Part shown: one piece after another, positions 31,357 to 42,287 of the stretch
Layout: each line of letters opens with the position of its first letter
Numbering within the stretch: the stretch's first letter is position 1
Assembly: GCA_035512995.1 (NCBI GenBank)
Contig: DATKCY010000189.1
Coordinates: 1 to 44,206 of the forward strand
Direction: 5' to 3'
Source of the DNA: Thermohalobaculum sp.
Lineage (GTDB): Bacteria; Pseudomonadota; Alphaproteobacteria; Rhodobacterales; Rhodobacteraceae
DNA: 44,206 nt
The notes under the pieces: generated by a model
What the model was told of the DNA's origin: nothing
Seen by the model: the letters and a program-made list of their open reading frames with translations, nothing else
The model's database searches: none
Program-made: the position numbers and the translations under genes

Positions 31357-31991
31357 GGTTCGTCATTGCGCTCGACGGGCCGGCGGCCGCCGGCAAGGGG
31401 ACGGTCGCGCGCGCGCTCGCCGCGACCTTCGGCTTCGCCTATCTCGACACCGGCACGCTCTACCGGGCCGTCGGACTGAAGACGCTCGAGGCCGGCGGCA
31501 GCCCGTTGGAGGCGGACGCGGCCGAGCTGGCGCGGACGCTGAGGACCGCGGAGCTCGACGCGCCGGGGCTCCGTACGGCCACGGTCGCCGAGGCCGCCTC
31601 GAAGGTCGCGGCGATGCCGGCGGTCCGGGCGGCGCTGGTAGAGTTCCAGCGGGACTTCGCGCGCCGCGACGGCGGGGCGGTGCTCGACGGGCGCGACATC
31701 GGCACCGTGATCTGCCCCGACGCGGACGTGAAGCTGTTCGTGACCGCGAGCGCGGAAGAGCGCGCCCGCCGCCGCCATGCCGAGCTCGTGGCCGCGGGCG
31801 ACGAGACGCCCTACGAGCGGGTGCTCGACGAGGTGCGCGCCCGCGACGAGCGCGACGCCGGCCGCGCCGAGGCGCCCCTCGCCCGCGCCCGCGACGCGCA
31901 CTTGCTGGACACGACGGAATTGTCTATAGACGCGGCCGTCGCACGGGCGGCGGAGATCGTCGGCAAGGCCCTCGACCGGAAACGCGGATAG
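31353..31991 (+). CDS. cmk: Cytidylate kinase
   Basis: [32 protein letters not shown]. Confidence 0.96.
   Translation: MRFVIALDGPAAAGKGTVARALAATFGFAYLDTGTLYRAVGLKTLEAGGSPLEADAAELARTLRTAELDAPGLRTATVAEAASKVAAMPAVRAALVEFQRDFARRDGGAVLDGRDIGTVICPDADVKLFVTASAEERARRRHAELVAAGDETPYERVLDEVRARDERDAGRAEAPLARARDAHLLDTTELSIDAAVARAAEIVGKALDRKRG
31902..31930 (+). promoter_or_regulatory. Candidate sigma70 promoter for rpsA inside cmk (TTGCTG-N17-TATAGA)
   Basis: Coincides with atypical codons GAA TTG TCT ATA; cmk-internal rpsA promoters are known in E. coli. Confidence 0.5.
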
Positions 31992-32121
31992 CGTCCGGCG
32001 GGGATCGGCTTTTCCGGCACCTCCGTCCCGCGGCAATCGAGCACCGACAAGACCGCCGGAGACAACCGGTCGGCCGGAATAGCCGCCTCGGACCAAGAGG
32101 CTTGATCCTTTAGGAGAACGC

Positions 32122-33819
32122 ATGGCCGCTCAGGCATCAATGGAAGAATTCGAAGCTCTGCTGGACGAGAGCTTCGCCAGAGTGACCCCGGAGGAGGGGT
32201 CGGTCGTCAAGGGCACCGTGATCGCGATCGAGAACGGGCAGGCGATCATCGACGTCGGCTTCAAGGTCGAGGGCCGGGTCGACCTCAAGGAATTCGCGGC
32301 GCCCGGCAAGGCGGCCGAGCTCAGCGTCGGCGACGAGGTCGAGGTCTTCCTCGACCGGGTCGAGAACGCCCGCGGCGAGGCCGCGATCAGCCGCGACCGC
32401 GCCCGGCGCGAGGAGGCGTGGGACCGCCTCGAGAGCGCCTACGAGGACGAGGGCCGCGTCGAGGGCGCGATCTTCGGCCGCGTCAAGGGCGGCTTCACCG
32501 TCGATCTCGGCGGCGCCGTCGCGTTCCTGCCGGGCAGCCAGATCGACGTGCGGCCCGTGCGCGACGTCGGGCCGCTCATGGGCGTGCCGCAGCCGTTTCA
32601 GATCCTGAAGATGGACCGCAGGTGCGGCAACATCGTGGTCTCGCGCCGCGCCGTGCTCGAGGAGAGCCGCGCCGAGCAGCGGGCCGAGATTGTCGCCAAG
32701 CTCACGGAAGGCGACACCGTCGACGGCGTGGTCAAGAACGTCACCGACTACGGCGCGTTCGTCGATCTCGGCGGCGTCGACGGCCTGCTGCACGTGACCG
32801 ACATGGCCTGGCGCCGGGTCGGTCACCCGTCCGAGGTCGTCTCGATCGGCGAGACGATCAAGGTGCAGGTCATCAAGGTCAACAAGGACACGCAGCGCAT
32901 CTCGCTCGGCATGAAGCAGCTTCAGGCCGATCCGTGGGAGAGCGTCGAGGCCAAGTACCCGGTCGGCACCACCTTCACCGGCCGCGTGACCAACATCACC
33001 GACTACGGCGCCTTCGTCGAGCTCGAGCCCGGCGTCGAGGGCCTGGTCCACGTCTCCGAGATGAGCTGGACCAAGAAGAACATCCACCCGGGCAAGATCG
33101 TCTCGACCAGCCAGGAGGTCGAGGTGATGGTGCTGGACGTGGACCCGGTGAAGCGGCGCGTGTCGCTGGGCCTCAAGCAGACCCAGGGCAACCCGTGGGA
33201 GAACTTCGCGGCCAGCCACCCAGCCGGTACCGAGGTCGAGGGCGAGGTCAAGAACATCACCGAGTTCGGTCTGTTCGTCGGCCTCGAGGGCGAAATCGAC
33301 GGCATGGTCCATCTCTCCGACCTCGACTGGGACCGCCCGGGCGAGCAGGTGATCCAGGAGTTCTCGAAGGGCGACATGGTCCGCGCCAAGGTGCTGGACG
33401 TCGACGTCGATAAGGAGCGGATCTCGCTCGGCATGAAGCAGCTCGAGGGCGACCCGTTCACCGAGGCGACCCAAGGCGTCCGCCGCGGTCAGGTCGTGAC
33501 CGTCAATGTGACCGCGGTCGAGGACGGCGGCATCGAGGTCGAGCACGAGGGCATGAAGGCTTTCATCCGCCGCTCGGACCTCAGCCGCGACCGCTCCGAG
33601 CAGCGGCCCGACCGCTTCTCGGTCGGCCAGCGGATCGACGCCAAGGTCACCTCGATCGACAAGGCGGCGCGGCGTCTCGGCCTGTCGATCAAGGCCCGCG
33701 AGATCGAGGAGGAGAAGGCGGCGGTCGAGCAGTACGGCTCGTCCGACTCCGGTGCCTCGCTCGGCGACATCCTCGGCGCGGCTCTGAAGAGCCAGACCGG
33801 GGATGCGGACGAGAAGTGA
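32122..33819 (+). CDS. rpsA: 30S ribosomal protein S1
   Basis: Six S1 repeats (DYGAFVDLGGVDGLLHVTD and similar), C-terminal SGASLGDIL. Confidence 0.98.
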   Translation: MAAQASMEEFEALLDESFARVTPEEGSVVKGTVIAIENGQAIIDVGFKVEGRVDLKEFAAPGKAAELSVGDEVEVFLDRVENARGEAAISRDRARREEAWDRLESAYEDEGRVEGAIFGRVKGGFTVDLGGAVAFLPGSQIDVRPVRDVGPLMGVPQPFQILKMDRRCGNIVVSRRAVLEESRAEQRAEIVAKLTEGDTVDGVVKNVTDYGAFVDLGGVDGLLHVTDMAWRRVGHPSEVVSIGETIKVQVIKVNKDTQRISLGMKQLQADPWESVEAKYPVGTTFTGRVTNITDYGAFVELEPGVEGLVHVSEMSWTKKNIHPGKIVSTSQEVEVMVLDVDPVKRRVSLGLKQTQGNPWENFAASHPAGTEVEGEVKNITEFGLFVGLEGEIDGMVHLSDLDWDRPGEQVIQEFSKGDMVRAKVLDVDVDKERISLGMKQLEGDPFTEATQGVRRGQVVTVNVTAVEDGGIEVEHEGMKAFIRRSDLSRDRSEQRPDRFSVGQRIDAKVTSIDKAARRLGLSIKAREIEEEKAAVEQYGSSDSGASLGDILGAALKSQTGDADEK

Positions 33820-33844
33820 TCGCGGCCGCAGCGGTCCCGTCGCC

Positions 33845-34753
33845 GTGACCGCCACGAGCGACATGATCCTCGAGCGGCGCCGGATCCGGCGCCGCCTCAC
33901 CTTCTGGCGCGTGCTGGCCGTCGTGGCGGTGCTGGCCTTCCTCGCCGCGGTGCTGCCGTGGCCCGGCGGCCGTCCCGCCGGCGACCATGTCGCCCGGATC
34001 TGGATCGACGGGCTCATCACCGCCGATGCCGATCGCTCGGAGCGTCTGCGGGAGATCGCCGAAGACGAGGAGGCCCGCGCGCTGATCGTTCATATCAACA
34101 GCCCCGGCGGCACCGTCGTCGCCTCCGAGATTCTCTACCAGAACCTGCGCGACATCTCCGAGGTCAAGCCGGTCGTGGCCGTGATGGCCTCGGCCGCCGC
34201 GTCCGGCGGCTACATCACCGCGCTCGCCGCCGACCGCATCATCGCGCACGGCAACACGATCACCGGCTCGATCGGGGTCGTGGCCGAGGTTCCGAACTTC
34301 GCCCGGCTGCTCGACAGCCTCGGGATCGAGGTGACCCAGGTGAAGTCGGCGCCCCTCAAGGGCGAGCCGAGCCTCTTCACCGAGCCCGCGCCGGGCGCCT
34401 TCGAGGCGCAGGACGCGCTGGTCGAGGACATGTACGGCTGGTTCAAGGCGCTGGTCGCCGAGCGTCGCGGCATGAGCGAGGCGGAGGTCGCCGAGGTGGC
34501 GAACGGCCGCGCCTATACCGGGCGGCAGGCGCTGGCGCTCGGCCTGATCGACGCGCTCGGGAACGAGGACGCGGCGCTCGCCTGGCTCGAGGAGGAGCAC
34601 GGCATCGACCTCGGCGTCCCGCGGGACTGGCACTGGGATGACGACGGCCTGCCCCTCCCGTTCTTCGACTTCGGCGATGCGGCGGCGCGTCTCCTCGGCC
34701 TCGAGCGGCCGCTCATGATGCCGGTGCCGCAGCTTTTTGCGGTGATGCAGTAA
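33845..34753 (+). CDS. sppA: Signal peptide peptidase SppA (short form)
   Basis: RRRLTFWR anchor, INSPGG, AASGGY, TGSIGV; start uncertain. Confidence 0.92.
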   Translation: MTATSDMILERRRIRRRLTFWRVLAVVAVLAFLAAVLPWPGGRPAGDHVARIWIDGLITADADRSERLREIAEDEEARALIVHINSPGGTVVASEILYQNLRDISEVKPVVAVMASAAASGGYITALAADRIIAHGNTITGSIGVVAEVPNFARLLDSLGIEVTQVKSAPLKGEPSLFTEPAPGAFEAQDALVEDMYGWFKALVAERRGMSEAEVAEVANGRAYTGRQALALGLIDALGNEDAALAWLEEEHGIDLGVPRDWHWDDDGLPLPFFDFGDAAARLLGLERPLMMPVPQLFAVMQ

Positions 34754-34772
34754 CCACTTCGGCCCCCGGGCG

Positions 34773-34801
34773 TTGACGCCGCGCGCGCGCTTCTCCATCC
34801 T
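34773..34801 (+). promoter_or_regulatory. Candidate sigma70 promoter for ihfB (TTGACG-N17-CATCCT)
   Basis: Good -35 and 17-bp spacer in the sppA-ihfB gap. Confidence 0.45.
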
Positions 34802-34860
34802 CACCCGGTTCCGCAAGATGGGGGACGCGCGCAAGACGAGTCGCCTTTGGGGGGCCGACC

Positions 34861-35142
34861 ATGATCAAGTCCGAACTGATCCAGCAGATCGCGGAGGAGA
34901 ACCCCCATTTGTACCAGCGCGATGTCGAGCGCATCGTCGCGACCGTCTTCGAGGAGATCACTTCGGCGCTGGCGCGCGGGGACCGGGTTGAACTGCGCGG
35001 CTTCGGCGCTTTCTCCGTCAAGCAGCGCGACGCGCGGACGGGGCGCAATCCGCGGACCGGGGAGCAGGTGCCCGTGCCGGCGAAGACGGTGCCGTTCTTC
35101 AAGGCCGGCAAGGAGCTGCGCGAGCGCATGAACCAGGACTGA
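34861..35142 (+). CDS. ihfB: Integration host factor beta
   Basis: [37 protein letters not shown]. Confidence 0.97.
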   Translation: MIKSELIQQIAEENPHLYQRDVERIVATVFEEITSALARGDRVELRGFGAFSVKQRDARTGRNPRTGEQVPVPAKTVPFFKAGKELRERMNQD

Positions 35143-35197
35143 CCGCGCCCCCCGGGTGCCGCGGCGGTCGCCCCACCGGAGGCAAGGCGAGAAACGG

Positions 35198-35533
35198 ATG
35201 CTGAAGGCAATCAAGATGGTCCTGCTGGTGCTTCTGGCGCTGGCGCTGATCGTGATCGGCGTCGCGAACATGACGCCGGTCGACCTGCACCTGGTGCCGC
35301 CGGTGATCGCCGAGGGGCGCTACACGCTGCACCAGATCCCGCTGGTCGCGGTGATTCTGGTCTCGATCCTGGTCGGGATCCTGATCGGCGAGCTGATCGA
35401 GTGGGTGCGCGAGCACAAGCATCGCCGGACCGCGCGCAGGAAGAAGCGCGAGGCCGAGGCGCTGGCCCGCGAGAACGAGACGCTGAAGCGCCGGCTCGAG
35501 GACGACGACCTGCCCAAGATCCCCGTCCGCTGA
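35198..35533 (+). CDS. lapA: LPS assembly protein A (DUF1049)
   Basis: Two TM segments with AN..V.L, then EWVREHKHR and a coiled coil; follows ihfB. Confidence 0.85.
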   Translation: MLKAIKMVLLVLLALALIVIGVANMTPVDLHLVPPVIAEGRYTLHQIPLVAVILVSILVGILIGELIEWVREHKHRRTARRKKREAEALARENETLKRRLEDDDLPKIPVR

Positions 35534-35543
35534 TCCCGCCTCG

Positions 35544-36215
35544 ATGCGCGTCAAGATCTGCGGCCTCACCGACGCCGCCGCCGTCGCCCATGCGGCCGCG
35601 GCGGGCGCCGACTATGTGGGCCTGGTCTTCTTCCCGCCCTCGCCCCGCGCGCTGGGGCTCGAGGAGGCGCAGGCGCTCGCCGCCGCGTCGCCCAGAGGGG
35701 TCCGGCGCGTCGCCCTCGTGGTCGACGCCGACGACCTTCTGCTCGCGCGGCTCGTGCGCTCGGTGCCGCTCGACATGCTGCAGTTCCACGGCCACGAGAC
35801 CCCGGAGCGGGTCGAGGAGATCCGCGCCCGCCACGGCCTGCCGGTGATGAAGGTCATCGGCGTCGCCGACGCGGACGACCTCGCGGCGATCGGCGAGTAC
35901 GAGGACGTCGCCGACCAGCTCATGATCGACGCGAAGCCGCCGCCAGGGGCGACCCGGCCCGGCGGCAACGCGCTCCGCTTCGACTGGCAGCTCATCGCCG
36001 GGCGGACCTGGCGGCTGCCCTGGATGCTGGCGGGCGGGCTCACGCCCGAGAACGTGGCCGACGCGGTGCGCCTGACCGGCGCGACTGAAGTCGACGTCTC
36101 CTCGGGCGTCGAGGCCATTCCGGGCGTCAAGGACCTGGCCCGCGTCACGGCCTTCATCGCCGCCGCCAAGGGCACGGCCGCCGGACCGGACACTGCCGGG
36201 CCCGCCCCGGCCTGA
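35544..36215 (+). CDS. trpF: Phosphoribosylanthranilate isomerase
   Basis: [35 protein letters not shown]. Confidence 0.97.
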   Translation: MRVKICGLTDAAAVAHAAAAGADYVGLVFFPPSPRALGLEEAQALAAASPRGVRRVALVVDADDLLLARLVRSVPLDMLQFHGHETPERVEEIRARHGLPVMKVIGVADADDLAAIGEYEDVADQLMIDAKPPPGATRPGGNALRFDWQLIAGRTWRLPWMLAGGLTPENVADAVRLTGATEVDVSSGVEAIPGVKDLARVTAFIAAAKGTAAGPDTAGPAPA

Positions 36216-36327
36216 CGCCGGTGCCGGCCGCGGCGCTCTGCGCCCGCGGGGGATCGGGGCGCTCCGGTGGCGCAGCCCCGGCCTGCTCGACCCCGCTTCC
36301 GAGGAAAGGTACGGGAACGCCCTGCAC

Positions 36328-38134
<1,807 letters not shown>

Positions 38135-38237
38135 GCGCGGGCTCCCCTTCCGTGTTGCCGGATCATGGCGGTGCGGGGCGCCGGGGTCGAGCCCCCGCAG
38201 GCTTGACAGCGGGGCGCCCCGGCGGCTCCTTGGGCGC

Positions 38238-39374
38238 ATGCTTCACTTTACCGCCGACGAGTTCGCCGACCGGATGGCCCGGGCCCGCGCCGCGATGGCC
38301 GAGGCCGGGCTCGACGTCCTGCTCCTGTTCGCGCCCGAGAGCCAGTATTGGCTGACCGGCTATGACACCTTCGGCTACTGCTTCTTCCAGTGCCTCGTCG
38401 TGTCGGAGCGCGAGCCGGTGCTGCTGACGCGCTCGGCCGACCGCCGCCAGGCGGAGCTGACGTCGACCATCCGCGACATCCGGGTCTGGACGGACCGGGA
38501 GGGGGCCGATCCGACCGCCGACCTGGTGGCGCACCTCGACGATCTCGGCCTTCGCGGCAGGCGGATCGGGTGGGAAACGCGGACGCAGGGTCTCGTCCAC
38601 CACCACGGCGCGCGGCTCGCGGCGAAGCTGCCCGACCTCGTGGAGGCGTCGGACCTGATGGGCCGGTTGCGCCTCGTGAAGAGCCCTGCCGAGATCGGGT
38701 ATGTCCGCGAAGCCGCGAAGCTCGCCGACCGCGCCTGGGACGCGGCGCTCGAGGTCGCGGCACCGGGCGCCGACGAGGGCGTGATCCTGGGGCTCATGCA
38801 CCAGCAGATCTTCTTCGGCGGCGGCGACTACCCGGCGAACGAGTTCATCATCGGCTCGGGCGAGCACGCGCTCCTCTGCCGCTACCAGTCGGGTCGCCGG
38901 CGGCTCGACGCGAACGACCAGCTCACGCTCGAATGGGCGGGGGTCTGCCGCCACTACCACGCCGCGCTGATGAAGACGATCGTGATCGGCGCCCCGCGCC
39001 CGCAGCACGAGGCCATGCAGGAGGCGGCGAAGGAGGCGTTGCTCGCCTGCGAAGCGGCGCTGAAGCCCGGCGCCACGATGGGCGATGTCTTTGCCGCGCA
39101 AGCCGAGACGCTCGACCGGTGCGGCATGGAGGAGCACCGGTTGAACGCCTGCGGGTACTCGCTGGGGCCGCGGTTCTCGCCCTCGTGGATGGAGGACCAG
39201 ATGTTCTACGAGGGCGCCCGGACCGTGATCGAGCCCGGGATGGTGTTCTTCCTGCACATGATCCTGATGGACTCGGCCACTGGCACCGCCCTCTGCCTCG
39301 GCCGGACCTCGCTCGTCGTCGAAAGCGGCGCCGAGCCGCTGAGCCGCATGCCTCTGGAGATGGTGACGCGCTAG
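38238..39374 (+). CDS. M24 pita-bread hydrolase, EutD/creatinase-like paralog
   Basis: WLTGYD, RLVKSPAEI, GGDYPA, LEWAGV..YHAALMKT, CGYSLG..PSW; canonical D-D-H-E-E metal ligands are replaced. Confidence 0.85.
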   Translation: MLHFTADEFADRMARARAAMAEAGLDVLLLFAPESQYWLTGYDTFGYCFFQCLVVSEREPVLLTRSADRRQAELTSTIRDIRVWTDREGADPTADLVAHLDDLGLRGRRIGWETRTQGLVHHHGARLAAKLPDLVEASDLMGRLRLVKSPAEIGYVREAAKLADRAWDAALEVAAPGADEGVILGLMHQQIFFGGGDYPANEFIIGSGEHALLCRYQSGRRRLDANDQLTLEWAGVCRHYHAALMKTIVIGAPRPQHEAMQEAAKEALLACEAALKPGATMGDVFAAQAETLDRCGMEEHRLNACGYSLGPRFSPSWMEDQMFYEGARTVIEPGMVFFLHMILMDSATGTALCLGRTSLVVESGAEPLSRMPLEMVTR

Positions 39375-39464
39375 CAGGCTGCCGCTTGCCCTCGGCAGCC
39401 GAGCGAACTAGATCCGAAATCTGCCCCGTTGGTTCCTTTCTGCGAGCCGCTCCAGCGCGAGACC

Positions 39465-40181
39465 ATGTATTCCGCAGCCCCTCCGACTCCGCATGCCGAG
39501 CGGCTCGTCACGCTCCTGACGCTCATCGCCGGGAACGAGCGCGCGGCGCACGAGATCGCGTTCGCGCTGGACGGCGAGAGGGGAACGGAGATGGCGCTCG
39601 AGCAGTGCCCGGCCGATCTGCTCCGCGACGCGCTCGGCCATGCGGTCAGCCGTGCCGACGGGCGATCGGTGCTGCCCGGCCCGCAGCGGCTGGCGCTGGT
39701 GCTGGCGCGGGCGACGAAGCTGGGCGACGCGCGGGCGGCCGAGCTGGCGGGGCTGTCGGCGGAGGCCTTCAGGCGCGAGATCGAAGCCGCCGAGGAGGCT
39801 TTGTCCGCGGTGCCGAACCGGCGTGCGGTGGTGCTCGAGGACCACCTGCTGGCGCGGGAGACCCTGGTGGACCAGGCGGCCGTCGCGGGGCTCGAGGTGA
39901 TCGCCGCGACCGGCAACGGTCGTGCGGCAGTCGCGGCCGCGGCGGCATTCGCCCCGGCCATCGCGCTGGTCGACCTTACGCTCGACGGCGCCGAACTCGC
40001 CGGCGATCTCGGCGCCATGCAGATCCGCGAGGTGGCGCCCGACTGCCACGTGATGTTCGTGACCGGCTATCCGGACGCCCCGCGGATCGCCAGCCTGATG
40101 CAGAACGCCAGCGCTCTTCTGAAGCCCGTCGGGCAGGAGCAGCTGTCCGCCGCCGTCCGCGCCGCCCTGCCGCATCTCTGA
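39465..40181 (+). CDS. Response regulator with degenerate sigma-like N-terminus and C-terminal receiver (PhyR-like)
   Basis: LPGPQRLALVL..AAELAGLS (sigma region 4-like), then receiver VVLED, ALVDLTLDG, MFVTGYP, LLKP. Confidence 0.72.
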   Translation: MYSAAPPTPHAERLVTLLTLIAGNERAAHEIAFALDGERGTEMALEQCPADLLRDALGHAVSRADGRSVLPGPQRLALVLARATKLGDARAAELAGLSAEAFRREIEAAEEALSAVPNRRAVVLEDHLLARETLVDQAAVAGLEVIAATGNGRAAVAAAAAFAPAIALVDLTLDGAELAGDLGAMQIREVAPDCHVMFVTGYPDAPRIASLMQNASALLKPVGQEQLSAAVRAALPHL

Positions 40182-40220
40182 CGCCCGCGGGTCACCGGAC
40201 GCCGCTGCCCGCCGCGCCGA

Positions 40221-40249
40221 TTGCAATGCGCCCGCTCAATCTGCATGGT
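40221..40249 (+). promoter_or_regulatory. Candidate sigma70 promoter for eutBCD (TTGCAA-N17-CATGGT)
   Basis: Motif and 17-bp spacing about 45 bp upstream of eutB. Confidence 0.4.
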
Positions 40250-40293
40250 CGCCGGGCCGGTAAAAGTGCACCGGCGCCGGATCCGGGGGGCGC

Positions 40294-41283
40294 ATGCGCG
40301 GGGTCACCTTCGCCGATATCCTGACCGCCCGGCGGCGCATCGGCGGGGCGGTCCGGCGCACGCCGCTCGCGTTCTCGGACAGCCTGAGCGAGCGATGCGG
40401 CGTCCCCGTCCACCTGAAGTTCGAGCACCACCAGATCACCGGCGCGTTCAAGCTGCGCGGCGCGACGAACGCGATCCTGGCGATGGACGACGCGGCGCGC
40501 GCGGCCGGCGTCGCCGCTGCCTCGACCGGCAATCACGGCCGCGGTGTCGCCCACGCCGCGAAGGTCGCCGGCGCCCGCGCCATCGTCTGCCTCTCGCGGC
40601 TGGTGCCGAAGAACAAGGTCGAGGCGATCGAGGCGCTGGGCGCCGAGGTCCGAATCACCGGTGCGAGCCAGGACGAGGCCCAGGCCGAGGTTGACCGGCT
40701 GGTCGCCGAAGAGGGCATGACGATGATCTCGCCCTTCGAGGACCCGTATGTCATCGCCGGCCAGGGCACGCTCGGCCTCGAGATCGTCGAGGATCTGCCG
40801 GAAGCCGAGACCGTGCTGGTGCCGCTCTCGGGGGGCGGGCTGATCTCCGGCATCGCCATCGCGGTCAAGACGGCGCTGCCGAAGGCGCGGGTCGTGGGCC
40901 TGACGATGGAGCACGGCGCTGCCATGCACGCGAGCCTGAAGGCCGGCCACCCCGTCGAGGTCGAGGAGGTGCCGACGCTCGCCGACAGCCTGGGCGGGGG
41001 CATCGGCCTCGACAACGTCCACACCTTCTCGACCGTGCGCGAGCTGGTCGACGACGTCGTCCTGCTCAGCGAGGAGGAGATCGCGGAGGGCATCCGCCAC
41101 GCCTACTGGAAGGAGCGGCAGGTGGTGGAGGGCGCGGCCGCGGTCGGCATCGCGGCGCTACTGACGGGCAGGATCGAGGCCCGCGGTCCCACGGCCGCGC
41201 TCCTCAGCGGCTGCAACATCGACATGGAGGTCCACCGCCGCCTCGTCTCGGGCGAGATGGTGCGCGCGGGCGAGGCGGCGTGA
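40294..41283 (+). CDS. eutB: Hydroxyectoine utilization dehydratase
   Basis: KFEHHQITGAFKLRGA, STGNHG, VPLSGGGL, TLADSLGGGIG; first gene of eutBCD. Confidence 0.9.
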   Translation: MRGVTFADILTARRRIGGAVRRTPLAFSDSLSERCGVPVHLKFEHHQITGAFKLRGATNAILAMDDAARAAGVAAASTGNHGRGVAHAAKVAGARAIVCLSRLVPKNKVEAIEALGAEVRITGASQDEAQAEVDRLVAEEGMTMISPFEDPYVIAGQGTLGLEIVEDLPEAETVLVPLSGGGLISGIAIAVKTALPKARVVGLTMEHGAAMHASLKAGHPVEVEEVPTLADSLGGGIGLDNVHTFSTVRELVDDVVLLSEEEIAEGIRHAYWKERQVVEGAAAVGIAALLTGRIEARGPTAALLSGCNIDMEVHRRLVSGEMVRAGEAA

Positions 41284-42272
41284 GCACGGTCCGGATCGCC
41301 ACCGAGCAGGACCTGCGCGGCATCGTCCGGCTCGACGCCGATGCGGTCGCCTGCGTCGAGCAGGCGTTCTCCGCGCTCGCGAACGGCGGGGTCGTCATGC
41401 CGCCGATTCTGCGCCTCGACATCGAGGCGGCGAACGGCGAGGTCGACGTCAAGACCGCCTATGTGCCGGGCATCGACAGCTTCGCGATCAAGATCAGCCC
41501 CGGCTTCTTCGACAATCCGAAGCTTGGCCTGCCGAGCGTGAACGGCCTGATGACGCTCTTCAGCGCGAAGACCGGCCTGCTCGAGGCAGTGCTGCTCGAC
41601 AACGGCTACCTGACCGATGTGCGCACCGCCGCCGCGGGCGCGGTGGCGGCGAAGCACCTGGCGCGCGAGGACGCAGCGATCGCCGCGATCATCGGCACGG
41701 GCGTGCAGGCGCGGCTGCAGCTCGAGGCGCTGGCGCTGGTCCGCCCGATCGAGCGGGCCGCGATCTGGGGGCGCGACGCGGCCAAGGCGGAAAAGGCCGC
41801 GGCCGGGCTTTCCGACCATCTCGGCATCCCCGTCGCCGCCGCCGGCAGCGTCCGCGCCGCGGTCGAGGGCGCCGACATCGTCGTGACCACGACGCCGTCG
41901 ACCGAGCCGCTGGTGATGGCGGACTGGCTGGCGCCGGGCCAGCACGTGACCGCGATGGGCTCGGACGCCGAGCACAAGAACGAGCTCGACCCGGCTGCCA
42001 TTCGCCGCGCCGACCTCTACGTCGCCGACAGCCTGGCGCAGACGCGCGTCCTCGGCGAGCTCCATCACGCGATCGCGGCCGGCGTCGCCGGCGCCGACGA
42101 GGACTTCCCGGAGCTCGGCGCCGTCGTGACCGGCCGCCATCCCGGCCGCACGGACGCAGGCCAGATCACCGTCGCCGACCTGACCGGAACCGGCGTCCAG
42201 GACACCGCCATCGCGACGCTCGCGATGAAGCGACTCTACGCCGCCGGCGCCGGCGCCGAATTCACCTCCTGA
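41280..42272 (+). CDS. eutC: Ectoine utilization cyclodeaminase-like protein
   Basis: VDVKTAYVPG, DNGYLTDVRTAAAG, GTGVQA, MGSDAEHKNE, DLTGTGVQD. Confidence 0.92.
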   Translation: MSTVRIATEQDLRGIVRLDADAVACVEQAFSALANGGVVMPPILRLDIEAANGEVDVKTAYVPGIDSFAIKISPGFFDNPKLGLPSVNGLMTLFSAKTGLLEAVLLDNGYLTDVRTAAAGAVAAKHLAREDAAIAAIIGTGVQARLQLEALALVRPIERAAIWGRDAAKAEKAAAGLSDHLGIPVAAAGSVRAAVEGADIVVTTTPSTEPLVMADWLAPGQHVTAMGSDAEHKNELDPAAIRRADLYVADSLAQTRVLGELHHAIAAGVAGADEDFPELGAVVTGRHPGRTDAGQITVADLTGTGVQDTAIATLAMKRLYAAGAGAEFTS

Positions 42273-42287
42273 CCCGCGAGGCTCCAG

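Noticed and set aside
32623-32625. Cys in RpsA at MDRRCGNIVVS, where Arg is usual
   Set aside because: A single CGC-to-TGC change; cannot be told apart from a polymorphism or sequencing error.
39404-39430. EcfG-like promoter CGAAC-N18-CGTT upstream of the PhyR-like gene
   Set aside because: One -35 mismatch and a spacer longer than the usual GGAAC-N16/17-CGTT; suggestive only.
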